Of a stretch of DNA of 64,000 nucleotides, positions 13,286-26,820 are shown in pieces. The stretch's first letter is position 1. Each line of letters starts with the position of its first letter. The notes below the pieces were generated by a model. The model was given only the letters and a program-made list of their open reading frames with translations. It did no database searches and was not told the origin of the DNA. The translations under genes and the position numbers were made by a program. The DNA is taken from NCBI RefSeq assembly GCF_009914755.1, contig NC_060940.1; one strand, 5' to 3'. Origin of the DNA: the human T2T-CHM13v2.0 reference genome, Homo sapiens.

Positions 13286-14489
13286 ACTCATTATTTGTGT
13301 ACCTTTCTAAACATATATGCTATTTCCATTAATTATTTTTAAAGCAGAAACTGAAATATTCTTCAAAGGAGAGAAAGCGGTATGCAGGATTGCAGAAGCA
13401 CCTTGCAAACTAAGTGGCCACATTTTAGTCAAAACCTTTAGACTAAAGCTACATTGCCTGAAGCCTTGTCCTACGAAACAGACACCGAAGAAAATAGAGA
13501 TAAGAAACTGCATTAGTGTCAAAAGTAGCATTTAACTGGGGACTGGCTTATTCCACAGAGAATAACAAAAAACTGTTCTCCTAAGCTGATATGACAGGAT
13601 AAATAGTATCACAGACATTCTGCTCGCAGTAGCTGACTCAACAGCCAAGGCTGACAGATTTACAATGGAAAACTGAATCCTGAGATCAAAAACCATGTGC
13701 TCTGTTCGGGGCTTGATGACCTACAGTATACACTGAAACCCTTAAATCAACAGGTTTATGGCATTTATGGTGAACCACTCTGACGGGTCTGCTTCATCAA
13801 ACAAGCCTTGTCTTGAATCTGAGCTCAGCTAAAAGCTAGGCTATCAAAGGCAAGCATTTACTAACATGGGAGGAAAAATGCTCCATTTTGGTTCAAATGC
13901 TTAATAGAAATCTTTCTTGTGCTTTTGGAGTAAAGAAAAAAAAAGGCACCAATGTATAGAGACGTTTATAATCTTTAAGACCTATAGTGCTAGAAAAGAT
14001 TTATTCGGTGATTCCATACCTCCTGCTAATATTACCGTACTAGAATTCTCAGTATTTGTCTGGGTGGGATCAAATTGACTCACCCGATACTACTTACCTG
14101 GGAGACAATTACATATAGGACTGTATAGATCTATTAAATTTTGATGCTCTATAATAGTGTCTCAAACTATTTTGACTAAAAGCCATGGCTAAGAATTACC
14201 ACACACACCCACACACATTTTATAACATGGCTCAGTGCACAAACACACTACAAAGTTTTACGAATACCCATTCTTCCTAGATATTATACAATCAGATGTA
14301 GTCTCTTCTATTTTATGTTACTCTATGATATTTTCTTTCTTATTAATGTTGGTCATAACCAACTGAATTGATTTATGACCCAAGAATTGGTTGCAACCCA
14401 AATTTGAAAAAAAAAAAAAAAATTCCTACAAAGAATCAAAAATGTTTAAATGTATGACTAGGCCTCATCTTTTTTAAAAAATTTCACTG

Positions 14490-14645
14490 ATTCTCAAAAT
14501 TTGGTGAGCATGAGGATCCTCTAGCATGCTTATTGAAAATACAGATTCAACAGATCTGGAATGGGGCCTAGGAATCTGAATTTTTATCAAGCACTCCAAA
14601 TAAGGCCTATGGAGGTACACTAAAGATGGCAGTTTGAGAACTGCA
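14490..14645. mobile_element. MER5-type hAT element
   Basis: ttctcaaa...tggggcctaggaatctgaattttt...gtttgagaac. Confidence 0.6.
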
Positions 14646-15746
14646 TCCCTAATCCTATCTTCAAATGAGTAAACTGAAGCCTAGAAACGGGAAATAATTT
14701 GCACAAGAACACAATATTTGTTGAGTCCTGGGACTAAAACCAAGTCTCTCGACCCCCCTACCATCTTGGCAGGTAGCCAGAGACCGCCCTTGCTTGTTGT
14801 AATCCCTGCTGAGAAACCGATGGTATAAGAGCAATAAAATTGAGCATTAGAAAGGAGAAACTAATAACACTGGATGTCCCTTTTCAGAAATGAGCTGGAC
14901 CCAGACCCAGGACTGAGTACAGGTAGCTGGGAACCCCTTCTAGCACCCAGCCAATATGGCAACAGAAATGCATTTAGTGCGACAAATCATTCTAAAACCT
15001 TCCTTTTTATCATCAAACTTCACAGTGTGGCAAAAAATATAACATTCTGGCCTTTCAGATACTCCCTGTTTATTCACTAGTTTTGGAAGACCATTACATC
15101 TTTTCCATTGGCTCACTTATTCCAACTGAAACCCTCATTTTCCCGCAAATGCCAATGAAACATGAATATCAACTGACTACCTGTTTTAGGTGATGAGTGG
15201 AACAGAGTAGTATGGCAGCAATGATTTATTGTGATGCTTGATGCTTATTGAGTATTTGGGTTCCTGGAGTATACCAATCATTCCACCTTGCCACAGGGCA
15301 TTCATACTCGCTGCCATCCTGCTGGGGTGCTCTTCCTGATCATAGCCACATGGCTGGCTCCCTGACATATATATATCTCCCGGTCTCTGTCAATTCATCA
15401 GCAAGACCTTTCCTGGCATTCTGTATGAAAGAACATGCTGGAGTCAGTCTCATGCCAACGCCTTTTTGCAGGACCACTAGGGCCATATTGCTTTCTGGAT
15501 ACTCTCTGGTTGGACCTGCTTGGCGCTTGAGACATATTTCATGAGTCAGTAGATAGACTTGGACTTTAAAAATATTTAATAATAGATCATTATTTTGGAG
15601 TTCATACACTCATGACACTAGCCATCTAGTACAGGAGACAGGCATTATTCAAATAAGCACATGACTAAATGTGAAAACACAATTGGAGTGTGTTATGAAG
15701 AGGTGCAAAGTCAACTTTACCATTGAATGGTGAAAAGGCCTTGTGA

Positions 15747-16115
<369 letters not shown>

Positions 16116-16448
16116 TAAGCATCATTCTGGGTGTGTCTGTGAGGGTGTTTCCAGGTGAAACAGACATTTGATTCAGTAGACTGAGTAAAGCAGATGGCCC
16201 TCCCCAATGGGTCTCATTCATCCACCAGGTGGGTCTCATTCATCCACTGAAGGCCTAAATAGAACAAAAAGACTGAGTAAGGAAGAATCCCTCTGTCTCT
16301 GAGCTGGGATATGCATCTTCTGCTGCCTTCTAACTCAGACTGTAACTCGTACCATTGGCTTTTCTGGGTCTCCATCTTCTCAACGAGTCTTGGGACTTCT
16401 CAGTCTTTATAACGCATGAGTCAAATAATATTATAATAGTATAATAAA

Positions 16449-17110
16449 TTTCTTTTTTTGAGACAGGGTCTCGCTGTAACTCAGGCTAGAGTACAGTGGC
16501 ACTATCATACTCACGGCAGCCTGCAATTCACGGACTCAAGCGATCCTCCTGCCTCAGCCTACCAAGTAGCTAGTACTACAGAAGTATGCCACCATACCCA
16601 GCTGATTTATTTCTTTCATGTATTATAGAGATGGGGTGTATTAGTCTGTTTTCATTTTGCTAATAAAGACATACCCAACACAGGGCAATTTATAAAAGAA
16701 AAGAAGTTTAAGGGGCTCACAGTTCCACATGGCTGAGAAGGTCTCACAATCATGGTGGAAGGTGAAACGCACGTCTTACATGGCAGCAGGCAAGAGAGAA
16801 TGAGAACCAATGGAAAGGGAAAACCCCTTATGAAACCATCAGATCACATGAGACTTATTCACTACCACAAGAACAGTATGGGTGAAAATGCCCCCATGAT
16901 TCAATTATCTCCCACCAGGTCCCTCCCACAACACATAGAAATTATGGGAGCTACAGTTCAAGGTGAGATTTGGGTGGGCATACAGCCAAACCATATCACA
17001 GGGTCTCACTATGTTGCCCAGGCTGGTCTTGAACTCCTGGTTTCAAGCAATGCTCCCGCCTCCGTCTTTGAAAGCTCTGTGATTGCAAGCATGAGACACC
17101 ATGCCTGGCC
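16449..17110 (-). mobile_element. AluJ split by THE1 (16449-16636 and 16999-17110)
   Basis: gagacagggtctcgct...agagatgggg [THE1] cagggtctcactatgttgcccagg...tgcctggcc. Confidence 0.88.
16637..16998 (-). mobile_element. THE1 (B/C-type) solo LTR
   Basis: tgtattagtctgttttca...cagccaaaccatatca termini; 5-bp TSD tgggg/caggg. Confidence 0.92.
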
Positions 17111-17784
17111 CTTATAATGCATTTCTTTACACACTCACACACACATATACATTTATATGTATAAAAAAAAACTTGTTGGTTCTGTTTCCATGCAGAATTC
17201 TGGCTAATATGCACCCATTCATGCTCATCCTAGCAACAAGAATAGACAGAGGAGTCACACCTGAAGAGCACCCACTGCTATTTCCCTAAACTGATAATTC
17301 TTTCTGTAGAATAAAGGCCACCTGACCTGCTCCTCATTTCAAGTATTCCTGAGAAAACCCTCCCCTACTTTTTGGGCCTAAGGAAACCAGGACTCAGCAA
17401 GGGAATAAAACATTAAAACTAAAGACAGGCTCTAACTCTCCAGCTATGGAAGAAACCACCTCTAGGGTAGAGTGCAGAAAAACCTTACTCCTGGGGTGAC
17501 TTCTCCTGCCTTTCTGTGGAAATTATCTGCCTCAGTGCTAGCATTGCCACCAGCAAGGAAAATTTGTTCAAATCCATTTGAGTAGAAATACAAGTTAACT
17601 AAAATTTCTGATACACTAAATGTGACCTCAAGTCAGATACAATTTATTTTTGAATGCCCACTGCTCTGAATTATTTTTGTCACTCAACCCCTCTATTAGG
17701 GAGGGAAATTTATAATAGTGGGACATTGGGTTTTAATTTCCTGACCATGGATATTTTTAAAACTATAATTGCTTTGCTTTCTAC

Positions 17785-17858
17785 ATATGTTATTTAGTAT
17801 ACTTAAATATGTTATTTAGTATACTTAAATATGTTATTTAGTATAGCTATTTAGTATA
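17785..17858 (+). repeat. 22-bp minisatellite (atatgttatttagtatacttaa) x ~2.8 plus a partial unit
   Basis: Perfect copies at 17785 and 17807, partial at 17829. Confidence 0.9.
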
Positions 17859-18439
17859 ACTAAGAAAGTTATTACAAAAACAAACCATAAGGCTGACACT
17901 TAATAAAGAGGTTTCCATCTGAAAAAAAAAAAAAAAAAGCAAAAGTTAATTAAACTAGCAAGTTTTAACCAAACATAATTAGAAGAAAATCAACATGTAC
18001 ATTCTGAAAATGTTCAGAACATGGCCTATTTCATTTATCTTCAAAAGAAACATTTAATTTAGTCTCTATTTTAAATTCAGTTTTTGCCATCAGAATTGTA
18101 CAGTTTTCTATACAACTACATAGAAATATGATGACATAGAAATTTCTGCATAGAAACTATATGACCCATATAATGGGTGCATATTAGCCAGAATTCTGCA
18201 GAGAAACAGAACCAACGTAAGTATATAATGGCCAAGTGCCTCCAAACCAAAATATCAACCTGTCCACATCAGAGTATTCAGCTGAAAACTGCATATTCTC
18301 TGAAACTACTGTTTGAAGGACAAACAATTTTAGCAAACCAGTCAATACAAAGGGACTATTACTCAACCTGTTTGCTTTCACTGTATCTGTTAGGGAACTT
18401 CAGGGTAGGAAATGGCTATACCTGTACTGCCCAAGACAG

Positions 18440-18716
18440 CAGCCCTTAGTGGACACTTGAAATGTGGCTCGTCTGAACTGAAAGTGCATTAAGTATAAAA
18501 TGCACACTGGACTCTGAAGACTCATGTGAAAAATAAAAGTATTTCATTAATTTTTGCCGATTATTATTTTGAAATACCAGTTTTAAGGAATTGGATTAAA
18601 ATATAATACCAACATAAATTTTCCCTATTTCTTTTTGCTTTATTTTTTCCTATGGCTACTAAAAAATTTAAAATTATATCGGTTGACTTGCATTATATTT
18701 CTACTGTACAGTGCTA
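18440..18716. mobile_element. MER33/MER3-type hAT element
   Basis: cacttgaaatgtggct...tggctactaaaaaatttaaaattata...gcattatatttctactgtacagtgct. Confidence 0.7.
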
Positions 18717-20014
18717 GCCTGAAGCAAAGAGATGGTAGAGTTCCACACATCACAAAAAAGAAATAGGAGATTTCATGGGGGAATAAAACAAACTTCTGTT
18801 GTCATTATTTAAAAATAAAGATCTACTGCATACTAAAATTAGATTCATTCAAATAAACATCTTCAAAGACACAAATGAACTGCGTATGAAGGTTGAGCAA
18901 TGGTAATCCATCAATAAGAATTCTTGGTTTACATCATTACCCCACATGTCATCATCCAAACAAATAAAAGAAATCAATTAAAAATGGTTATAGAGTGTGA
19001 AGTCATCCTCTAAGCCAACCATGAAGCCTCTGTCTCCCTCCAACTGCTCAGACAGGCACATAATGTGCTCACTTGTATTTACTACTTTAAAAGCATCTGC
19101 AGTTATTGTTGGCAGACACAGAGAGGTGAGTAATAACAAGACAACTGACATAGAAAGTAGTGAATCAACAAGACCAATAATGTATCCAAGATGCACTGTG
19201 AGGAACAAATATTGACAATGCTAGATGCCATAATACTCTGTGCTGTGGGCACTGCACCCAATAAATGTTGATTCATGAAGTGTGTAGGCAAATTGCCCAT
19301 TGCGTCTACCTGTCAGCCAGTATATGCTCAATGCGCTTATTGCACTATGCTTGCCTGCTTCCTCTATGAGACTAGGAGCTCTTTGCGGAAAGTGTCTATA
19401 ACTCATTCATTTCTATCATAGTTTGGACTTTCATTTCAAAATGTCAGAAATGAAAGTTAAACTAGATTAACAGAAAAGTGGAGAGGGGTTTATGCATAAG
19501 ATACCCACAGTACTTTAATTTCAGGCATAGCTGCATATCACCACTATGATGACCCTACTCTCAGGGGGCAAGATGGTTGCCAGCAACCCTGGGATTATCT
19601 TCCATCCTCTTTGCTAACCCCAGGTGTCCCAGAATTTGATTTTTATTGGCACTGATCTTGTTGCCTGTTTATTTCTGAACCAACTACTCTAGGTCAACGA
19701 TATCTGATGTTCTGACTAGTCAGTATGTAAAACATGTCACCTTCCCACAGACTGCATGGACTTGAGGAAGAGGTGGGGAGGGTAGATCCTTAAGGAAAGC
19801 TTCAACGTTATCAGATGACTGGAGTAATGAATGCTGGGTAGGCAAAAAAAAAAAAAAAAAAAAAAAAATCAGAGGTGGCCACTGTCATTTTTGAGTCCCC
19901 ACATAAAAGACACGCCATTGATGTTTTTCCCAATGGATGAAAAAATGAGAAATATCCAATGTATGAAGCACTTCAAACATAGAAATAATTTATCTATTTC
20001 TAAATTGCCAGGAT

Positions 20015-21060
20015 AATTACATACATTCATGTAACAAACGTTTGAGTGCCTATTACTTGCCAGGGATGATTCCAGCCACTGGAAATACAGCAGTGAATAG
20101 CAGAGATAAAGCCTCAGCCCTCATGGAGCTGATATTCAAGGTGGAAGGCAGAATATGCTAGGCGATAAACAAGTGAGTCAAGCACTGGGCAATAAATAAT
20201 ATAAAGAAAATTACAGCAGAGAAGGGGGTTGGGGAGTGATGGGAGTGTCAGGGAAGACCATTCTGGAATGACAGTATTTGCGTAGGGAACTGAGGGAAGA
20301 AATAATCAGATGGATACCTGGGGGAAGAGCATTCCAAGTGCAGTCACTGAGGTAGGACATCTGGGGATGTTGAAAGGCAGTGGAGCCCAGTGGAAGAGCT
20401 CAGTGGCATGCACAATAATGGAAGAGATAGGAAGTTAGATCCAAGGGACTTTGTAGGCCATGGTAAGAAATCTGGATTATATACTGATACGGTTGGGCTA
20501 TGTCCCTACCCAAATGTCACCTTGAATTGTAATAATCCCCACATGTCAAGGGCAGGGCCAGGTGGAGATAACTGAATCATGGGGGTGGTTTTCCCCATAC
20601 TGTTCTCATGGTAGTGAGTAAGACTCAGGAGATCTGATGGTTTTATAAATGGGAGTTCCCCTGCACAAGCTCTCTTGCCTGCCACCATGTAAGATGTGCT
20701 TTTGCTTCTCCTTTGCCTTCAGCCATGATTGTGAGACCTCTCCAGGCATCTGGAACTGTGAATCCATTAAACCTCTTTCCTTTATAAATTACCCAGTCTT
20801 GGGTAATTTGTCTATTAGCAGCATGAGAACAGACTGATACATATACTATGCTCAATGTAAAGCCATGAGCTGGTAGAGAAGAGGAAAATGAAGTCATCTC
20901 ACCACTATGAGAAGAATAGACTAAAGGGGCAGAAGAGATGAAAGAGTCATTAGAGAAGAAGCTGCTACAGGAATCCAGGTGAGAGATGAGAATGATTTAG
21001 AACAGTGATGGCAGCAGTGGTAAGAAGTGGTCAGAATTGCGCATGTTTTTAACTGACCTG
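20015..21060 (-). mobile_element. L2 fragment interrupted by THE1
   Basis: cattcat...tttgagtgcctatta...ccctcatggagctgatattc...ggggaagagcattcca...atccaggtgagagatg. Confidence 0.7.
20485..20841 (+). mobile_element. THE1 (C/D-type) solo LTR
   Basis: tgatacggttgggct...gaacagactgataca, with perfect 5-bp TSD tatac. Confidence 0.92.
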
Positions 21061-21791
21061 GGAGCAATGAAGTTTACATGGCCTTGAGCATAAGATTACT
21101 CGGTATTTATATATCATGAAGGGCACAGAGGCAGTTGCTTACATTGCTTGCCCTTTAAAAATTAGTCTCATCACTTATTTGTGTTCCCAGGGTCCTTTGC
21201 ACATACCTTAACTGTAATATTAATTTTGTTGCAGCATCCTTATGACATCATTACTGCTCACCCTCACATTGATTGTCCAAGAATTTAGGAATCAAACTAT
21301 CATTTTGGCATTCTTATAGTCTGTCATAATGTGAAGACATACAGTAGGCTGAGAAAAATGTTTTAGAAGTGTGAATGGGAGGATAGGTGGGTGGGTGGAT
21401 AGCTGGGTGGGTGAGTGGGTGTGTGGGTGGATGGATGGGAGAATGGAAGAAGGCATAGAGGGAAAAGAAAAAGAAATGTCAAGTTGTTAGTTACTGGCAG
21501 CTAGAAACACAAGCCCAAAGTGACTTTGACTTTGCTTACCTTATATATTTATAAAGATATTGAGAAATTTAGAACATGCTGCTAATTATATAAATGCCAG
21601 TGTACTACTCACTGTTAGCTGATGGGTCTATTCAACGAAGGGACGGCAGAGAAAGGTTAAATGATTAGGTCAGCTGGTGAGTCTATGCAGATGGAAGAAT
21701 TAGGTTCCACGTCTAACAATCCAATTGCAAAATAGCTCTTTGCCTCTTCAAGTATGGCGACTATTTTTAAAAGAACTAAAGTGTAAGTGGC

Positions 21792-21892
21792 ATATGTATA
21801 CATGTGCCATGCTGGTGCGCTGCACCCACTAACTCATCATCTAGCACTAGGCTAAAACTTAAAGTATAATAATAATCATCATCATAATAAAA
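21792..21892 (+). mobile_element. ~100-bp 5'-inverted (twin-primed) L1PA2/3-like insertion
   Basis: Inverted L1 3' UTR (21792-21851), then forward ctaaaacttaaagtataat and tail. 14-bp TSD aaagtgtaagtggc at 21778-21791 and 21893-21906. Confidence 0.92.
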
Positions 21893-22481
21893 AAAGTGTA
21901 AGTGGCCCAACTACATACAATAGATAGAAAAACCTAATACACCTTTCCAAGGTTCTCAGGCAAGGGCACACATTTGCAAAGCACAGGAAACATCCCTTAT
22001 TTCATTTTCAGAACAGCTCATCGCTCCTATTCTTACAGGTCAAGAGAATATAGAGGACATTTAACTTTGGTCTTAGGTCAACTGCAAAAGCCCAGAAACA
22101 GAATCCACATTTCAAATCTACATCCACGTGGTTAGGCCCCTTTCCTCATAAAAATGCAAGGGTGAATTTTATTATAAATACATCTCTGTTTCTTTAGAGA
22201 TCCAGTCATTTTCAGGAGTCTGGGTTGTCATGCTGTGAAATTCAAAAGCAAATACACATCTATTAAAACATTCCCAGATGGGTTTTCTGCTGCCATCCAA
22301 TCGACTCCCAGCCCACACACACCATTCATACATAGTCTCAGCAGCTAAGTACCTCAAACATAGATTACCTGAAATCATTATTCATAATGACAATGAAATA
22401 AACAGCAGGTTACTCTGAAAAAAATAAACTCATATAAATGCACTGTCGTAAAGAGTAGAGTTTGTGATCGTGCTCTATGAG

Positions 22482-22748
22482 TAGTTCTCAGCTAGGGACA
22501 ACTGTGCCCCCAGGAAAGATACTAGGCTATGTCTGGAGACATTTTTAGCTGACATAACTGGGGGTTGCTACTGGAATCTAAAGGGTAGAGAGGCCTGGAA
22601 TGCTGCTAAACCTCCTACAATGCACAGACATGCCTTGCACAAGAAAGAATTATCCATCCTAACAAACCAATATGTCTCCAGACAGCTTCCCCCTAGAAAG
22701 AATTATCCATTCTAACACATCACCAATGCCCGACTGAGAAACCCTGAG
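22482..22748. mobile_element. MER20 with internal ~53-bp duplication
   Basis: atgtctggagacatttt...tgctactggaatcta...tgctgctaaacctcctacaatgcacag; agaaagaattatccat occurs twice. Confidence 0.75.
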
Positions 22749-22925
22749 CTAAACATAACAATTTCCTAAGCAATTTTAAATAGGAATATCTAAGAAAACT
22801 TGCTTCTTCTCTTTGGGCTTACTGTCTTACAAGTCATTGACAGGATAATTTAAGATGGCCATGAATCTGAAAAGGGGACTATTTGGTGAACACCTGCCAA
22901 AGAGTGGGCACTATAGATATTTTCT

Positions 22926-23850
<925 letters not shown>

Positions 23851-24150
23851 GCCAGGTGCGGTGACTCATGCCTGTAATCCCAGCACTTTGACAGGCAGGT
23901 GAATCATGAGGTCAGGAGTTCGAGACCAGCCTGGCCAACATGGTGAAACCCCGTCTCTACTAAAAATAGAAAAAATTAGCTGGGTATGGTAGTGGCGCCT
24001 GTAATCCCAGCTACTCGGGAGGCCGAGGCAGGAGAATTGCTTGAACCCAGGAGGCGGAGGTTGCAGTAAACCGCATCACGCCACTGCACTCCAGCCCGGG
24101 CAACAGTGTGAGACTCTGTCGCAGATTAAAAAAAAAAAAAAAAAAAAAAA
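23851..24150 (+). mobile_element. Alu (AluSg-like)
   Basis: Dimer with ~23-nt poly-A; degenerate TSD ..gacctc. Confidence 0.93.
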
Positions 24151-24481
24151 GACATCGACCTCCTACATTTTAGACACATTATCTCAATTCTCACAACACC
24201 CCTTCGAAGCCTTTTTTTCTTCCATCTCCACTTTACAGACGAGCAAACTAGATTCTCAGACAATTTGATAATTTCCCAAAGGTGGGTGAAGGGTATGTGG
24301 AAACTCTCTGCATACATGCTGCAACTAGTAAGTCTAATTATTTCAAAATAATATGTCTTCAAAAAGTCATTTCTCCAAGATCAAATAACTAGCATTTGAA
24401 CATACCATCCTGCCATGTTAAACTGTGACACCACCATGTCTAAGATGATTGCATCTCTAAAGCCCATAACATTTACCTAGC

Positions 24482-24650
24482 CCAGGGTTTCTCAAACTCA
24501 ACTGTGCATTAGGACTACCCTGGGGAGTCTTTAAAATAACACAGATGTTTGGGCCCCATCCTCAGACATTCTGCTCTAATTGTTCTGGGGTGAGACCTGA
24601 GCATAAGCGTCTGTGTTTTTTAAAGCTCCGTGCACTAAGAATCACTGTTC
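24482..24650. mobile_element. MER5-type element
   Basis: cagggtttctcaaact...gggccccatcctcagacattctg...aagaatcactg. Confidence 0.6.
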
Positions 24651-26614
24651 TAGACTTATGTGCTAGTCATACACACCGAGGTTAAATATGTAATACTAAA
24701 CAGACATTAGTTGTTTCACACACAAAAGAAACTTTTTACAAGGACGGAATTCATCCTACTTCAATGCATTTTACTGGAAAACAATGACAAAAGGAAAACC
24801 CTGTGACAAGATGTAGAGATATTCATTAGCATATTTAAAGAGTGAAAGTATATTGTGGTAATATTTTTTTCCCATTATGTCTCTTCACAGCATAAAACAC
24901 GTAGACTCAATAATTAAGGCAGGGGGAAGAAAAGACTGCATGCAGTATTTACCCACAGAAAATTAATTTTGAGTAACACTTCATTTACCTCCTAGAAGAG
25001 GCAAAGTTAAATAGAAAAAGGAGATGAGGAATTGTAAAATCACAGGGTGAACCCATAGACACTAAAAAGTACTCTGTTATAGCAGAACTCGGTAAATCAG
25101 CAGAAAGATAATCTCCTTTTACCAGCTTATCTCAATCCCTTTCAAGTGCCGTCTCTCAAATAAGGGTGTGCACATAGCTGACTTGTAGTAAATTAGTGAT
25201 GTGCACTACATAATTTATATTAGAAAGCATGCCCCCTTGACTTGTAGTGGTAATAAGGGGCAGATAAAATATTCCCAAGCTCAGCAGCATGAAAAAGCAA
25301 TCAAAGGAATTCAGCTGAAAACGAAATCCTTAGATACATCAAAAGCATCCCTTCAGGAGAGGTGAGCTTGCTGTCCAGACAGAACACTCTCACCAGACTT
25401 GCATTATGGTATTTGAGTGTATTTTGCCCTGTAATTGGATAGAAAACCGTGGGAACGGGCTTTCATGGGAAAAACTTGATGTGACTGAAGAGGAACTCCT
25501 GGGTTTGTTCACAGAGACGTGTACAAAGTCCAAGCAAATGTTTTTGGTCACGAAAGCCTTAGTGCTATCATTAGGCCTGTTTATATTTAGACTTCAGATA
25601 TTTATCAGTACCACTTTCTCTTAAACTGTTTATTGCTGATGGTGGGAAACCACGCAATTTCACCCACATTTAGGGTCTTCTGGAGAGAACTTTCTAAGGC
25701 ACTGCCCTAGGCTCATGGAAAACAAGGATGAAATGAGTTCTCAGTAACTTCGCATGTTGTACAAGCCAGGTATTAATGATGGTGATACTGGGTGGCTAAT
25801 ATCACTGTTGGTAAGCCATATCTGGCTATAGCTGATGTCCCATAAGTATTTGACATGTCAGCTTTTCACAAAGTAGGTCTCTCTCTCCCTACCCTCCTCA
25901 TAAAATATACAATTGCATGCAACTAAGAAGTGTCATATATCTCCATGTTATTTTTCAGCAGCATCACAAAAAAATCCTGGAAATAAACATTAATCAGAAG
26001 AAAATAAATAGGCAGTAATTAAAAGAATAAGATAGATCTATACAAAAAATAGATCTATGCAAAAAAACCTCCAAAATATACATTGTTTTTAATTAATCCC
26101 TCTTCCCCCACCAAACAAGATGTTTGGCTAATGCAATTTATGTATGTTTTAACCACACACACAACTTCCAGAAATAATAAGCTCTGGTTTCATGAAGAGT
26201 GTCCAGCCAAAAACTATGCAGCCCTCAGTTTGCTATGCATCGTTCCAGACCTGCTTCTGTGCATTAATTCACAGACCAATCCATAAATAAAAATATGGTT
26301 TAGTCTTGTTTGGATACAGAGACAAATTTAATGTGGTCCACTGAGGCCCGCAGACAGGTGAGAGACCATATAAAGCTCTCAGCCCCACATACTTCTTCTC
26401 AGGTATTATATAGGGTCCACCTGTGGAGTTATTGCTGAATAAGTCACCGCAGATGCCAGGTACCCAAGGAAGTGTTGAAATCTTCATCTCAGGTGGCCAC
26501 ACATGCAGAAGGAAGCCAAGCAGAAGCAAGAAGAGCCAAGAGAAAGACAACAGTGGTGACATCATTGGATAGCTTGGATCTAGCCTTGCTGAAAGCTAGC
26601 CAATCCTAGTACAA

Positions 26615-26820
26615 GGGAGGAAGGAAGAGATGCAGGGAGATGGGGAGGGAGGGAAGAGAGGAGAGTGAAAAAAAAAAGAGGAAGGAAGGGAGGGAGAAAG
26701 AAAGGAAGGAGGTAGGGAGGAAGGAAAAGAAGAAAGGAGAGAAAAAAGGAGGAAGAAGGGAAGAAAGGAAAGAAGAAAGGAGGGAGGGATAGAGGAAGGA
26801 AAGGATGAATTAGGAAGATT
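26615..26820 (+). repeat. GA-rich polypurine low-complexity tract
   Basis: About 200 nt almost exclusively A/G. Confidence 0.9.

Larger units (their letters stand above)
10040..13340 (+). mobile_element. Old L1M/L1ME ORF2 remnant and 3' end, interrupted by a younger L1 and MER44
   Basis: A-rich degenerate ORF2 blocks (ctttgatacc..gacaagg; taaattcaatgcagtcc; gctaccataattaa; ccattctcta-like 3' region); no intact ORF. Confidence 0.75.

Noticed and set aside
14091-14102. TACTTACCTGG match to the U1 snRNA 5' end
   Set aside because: No further U1 sequence follows. It is better read as a consensus donor on the opposite strand, not an snRNA pseudogene.
16208-16247. 18-bp duplication in MLT2 (also 22642-22717 in MER20, 26032-26065, 8539-8563)
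   Set aside because: Ordinary slippage duplications with no sign of function.
17785-17858. Short direct-repeat arrays as a CRISPR-like system
   Set aside because: No unique spacers, no cas genes, and eukaryotic context; these are simple tandem duplications.
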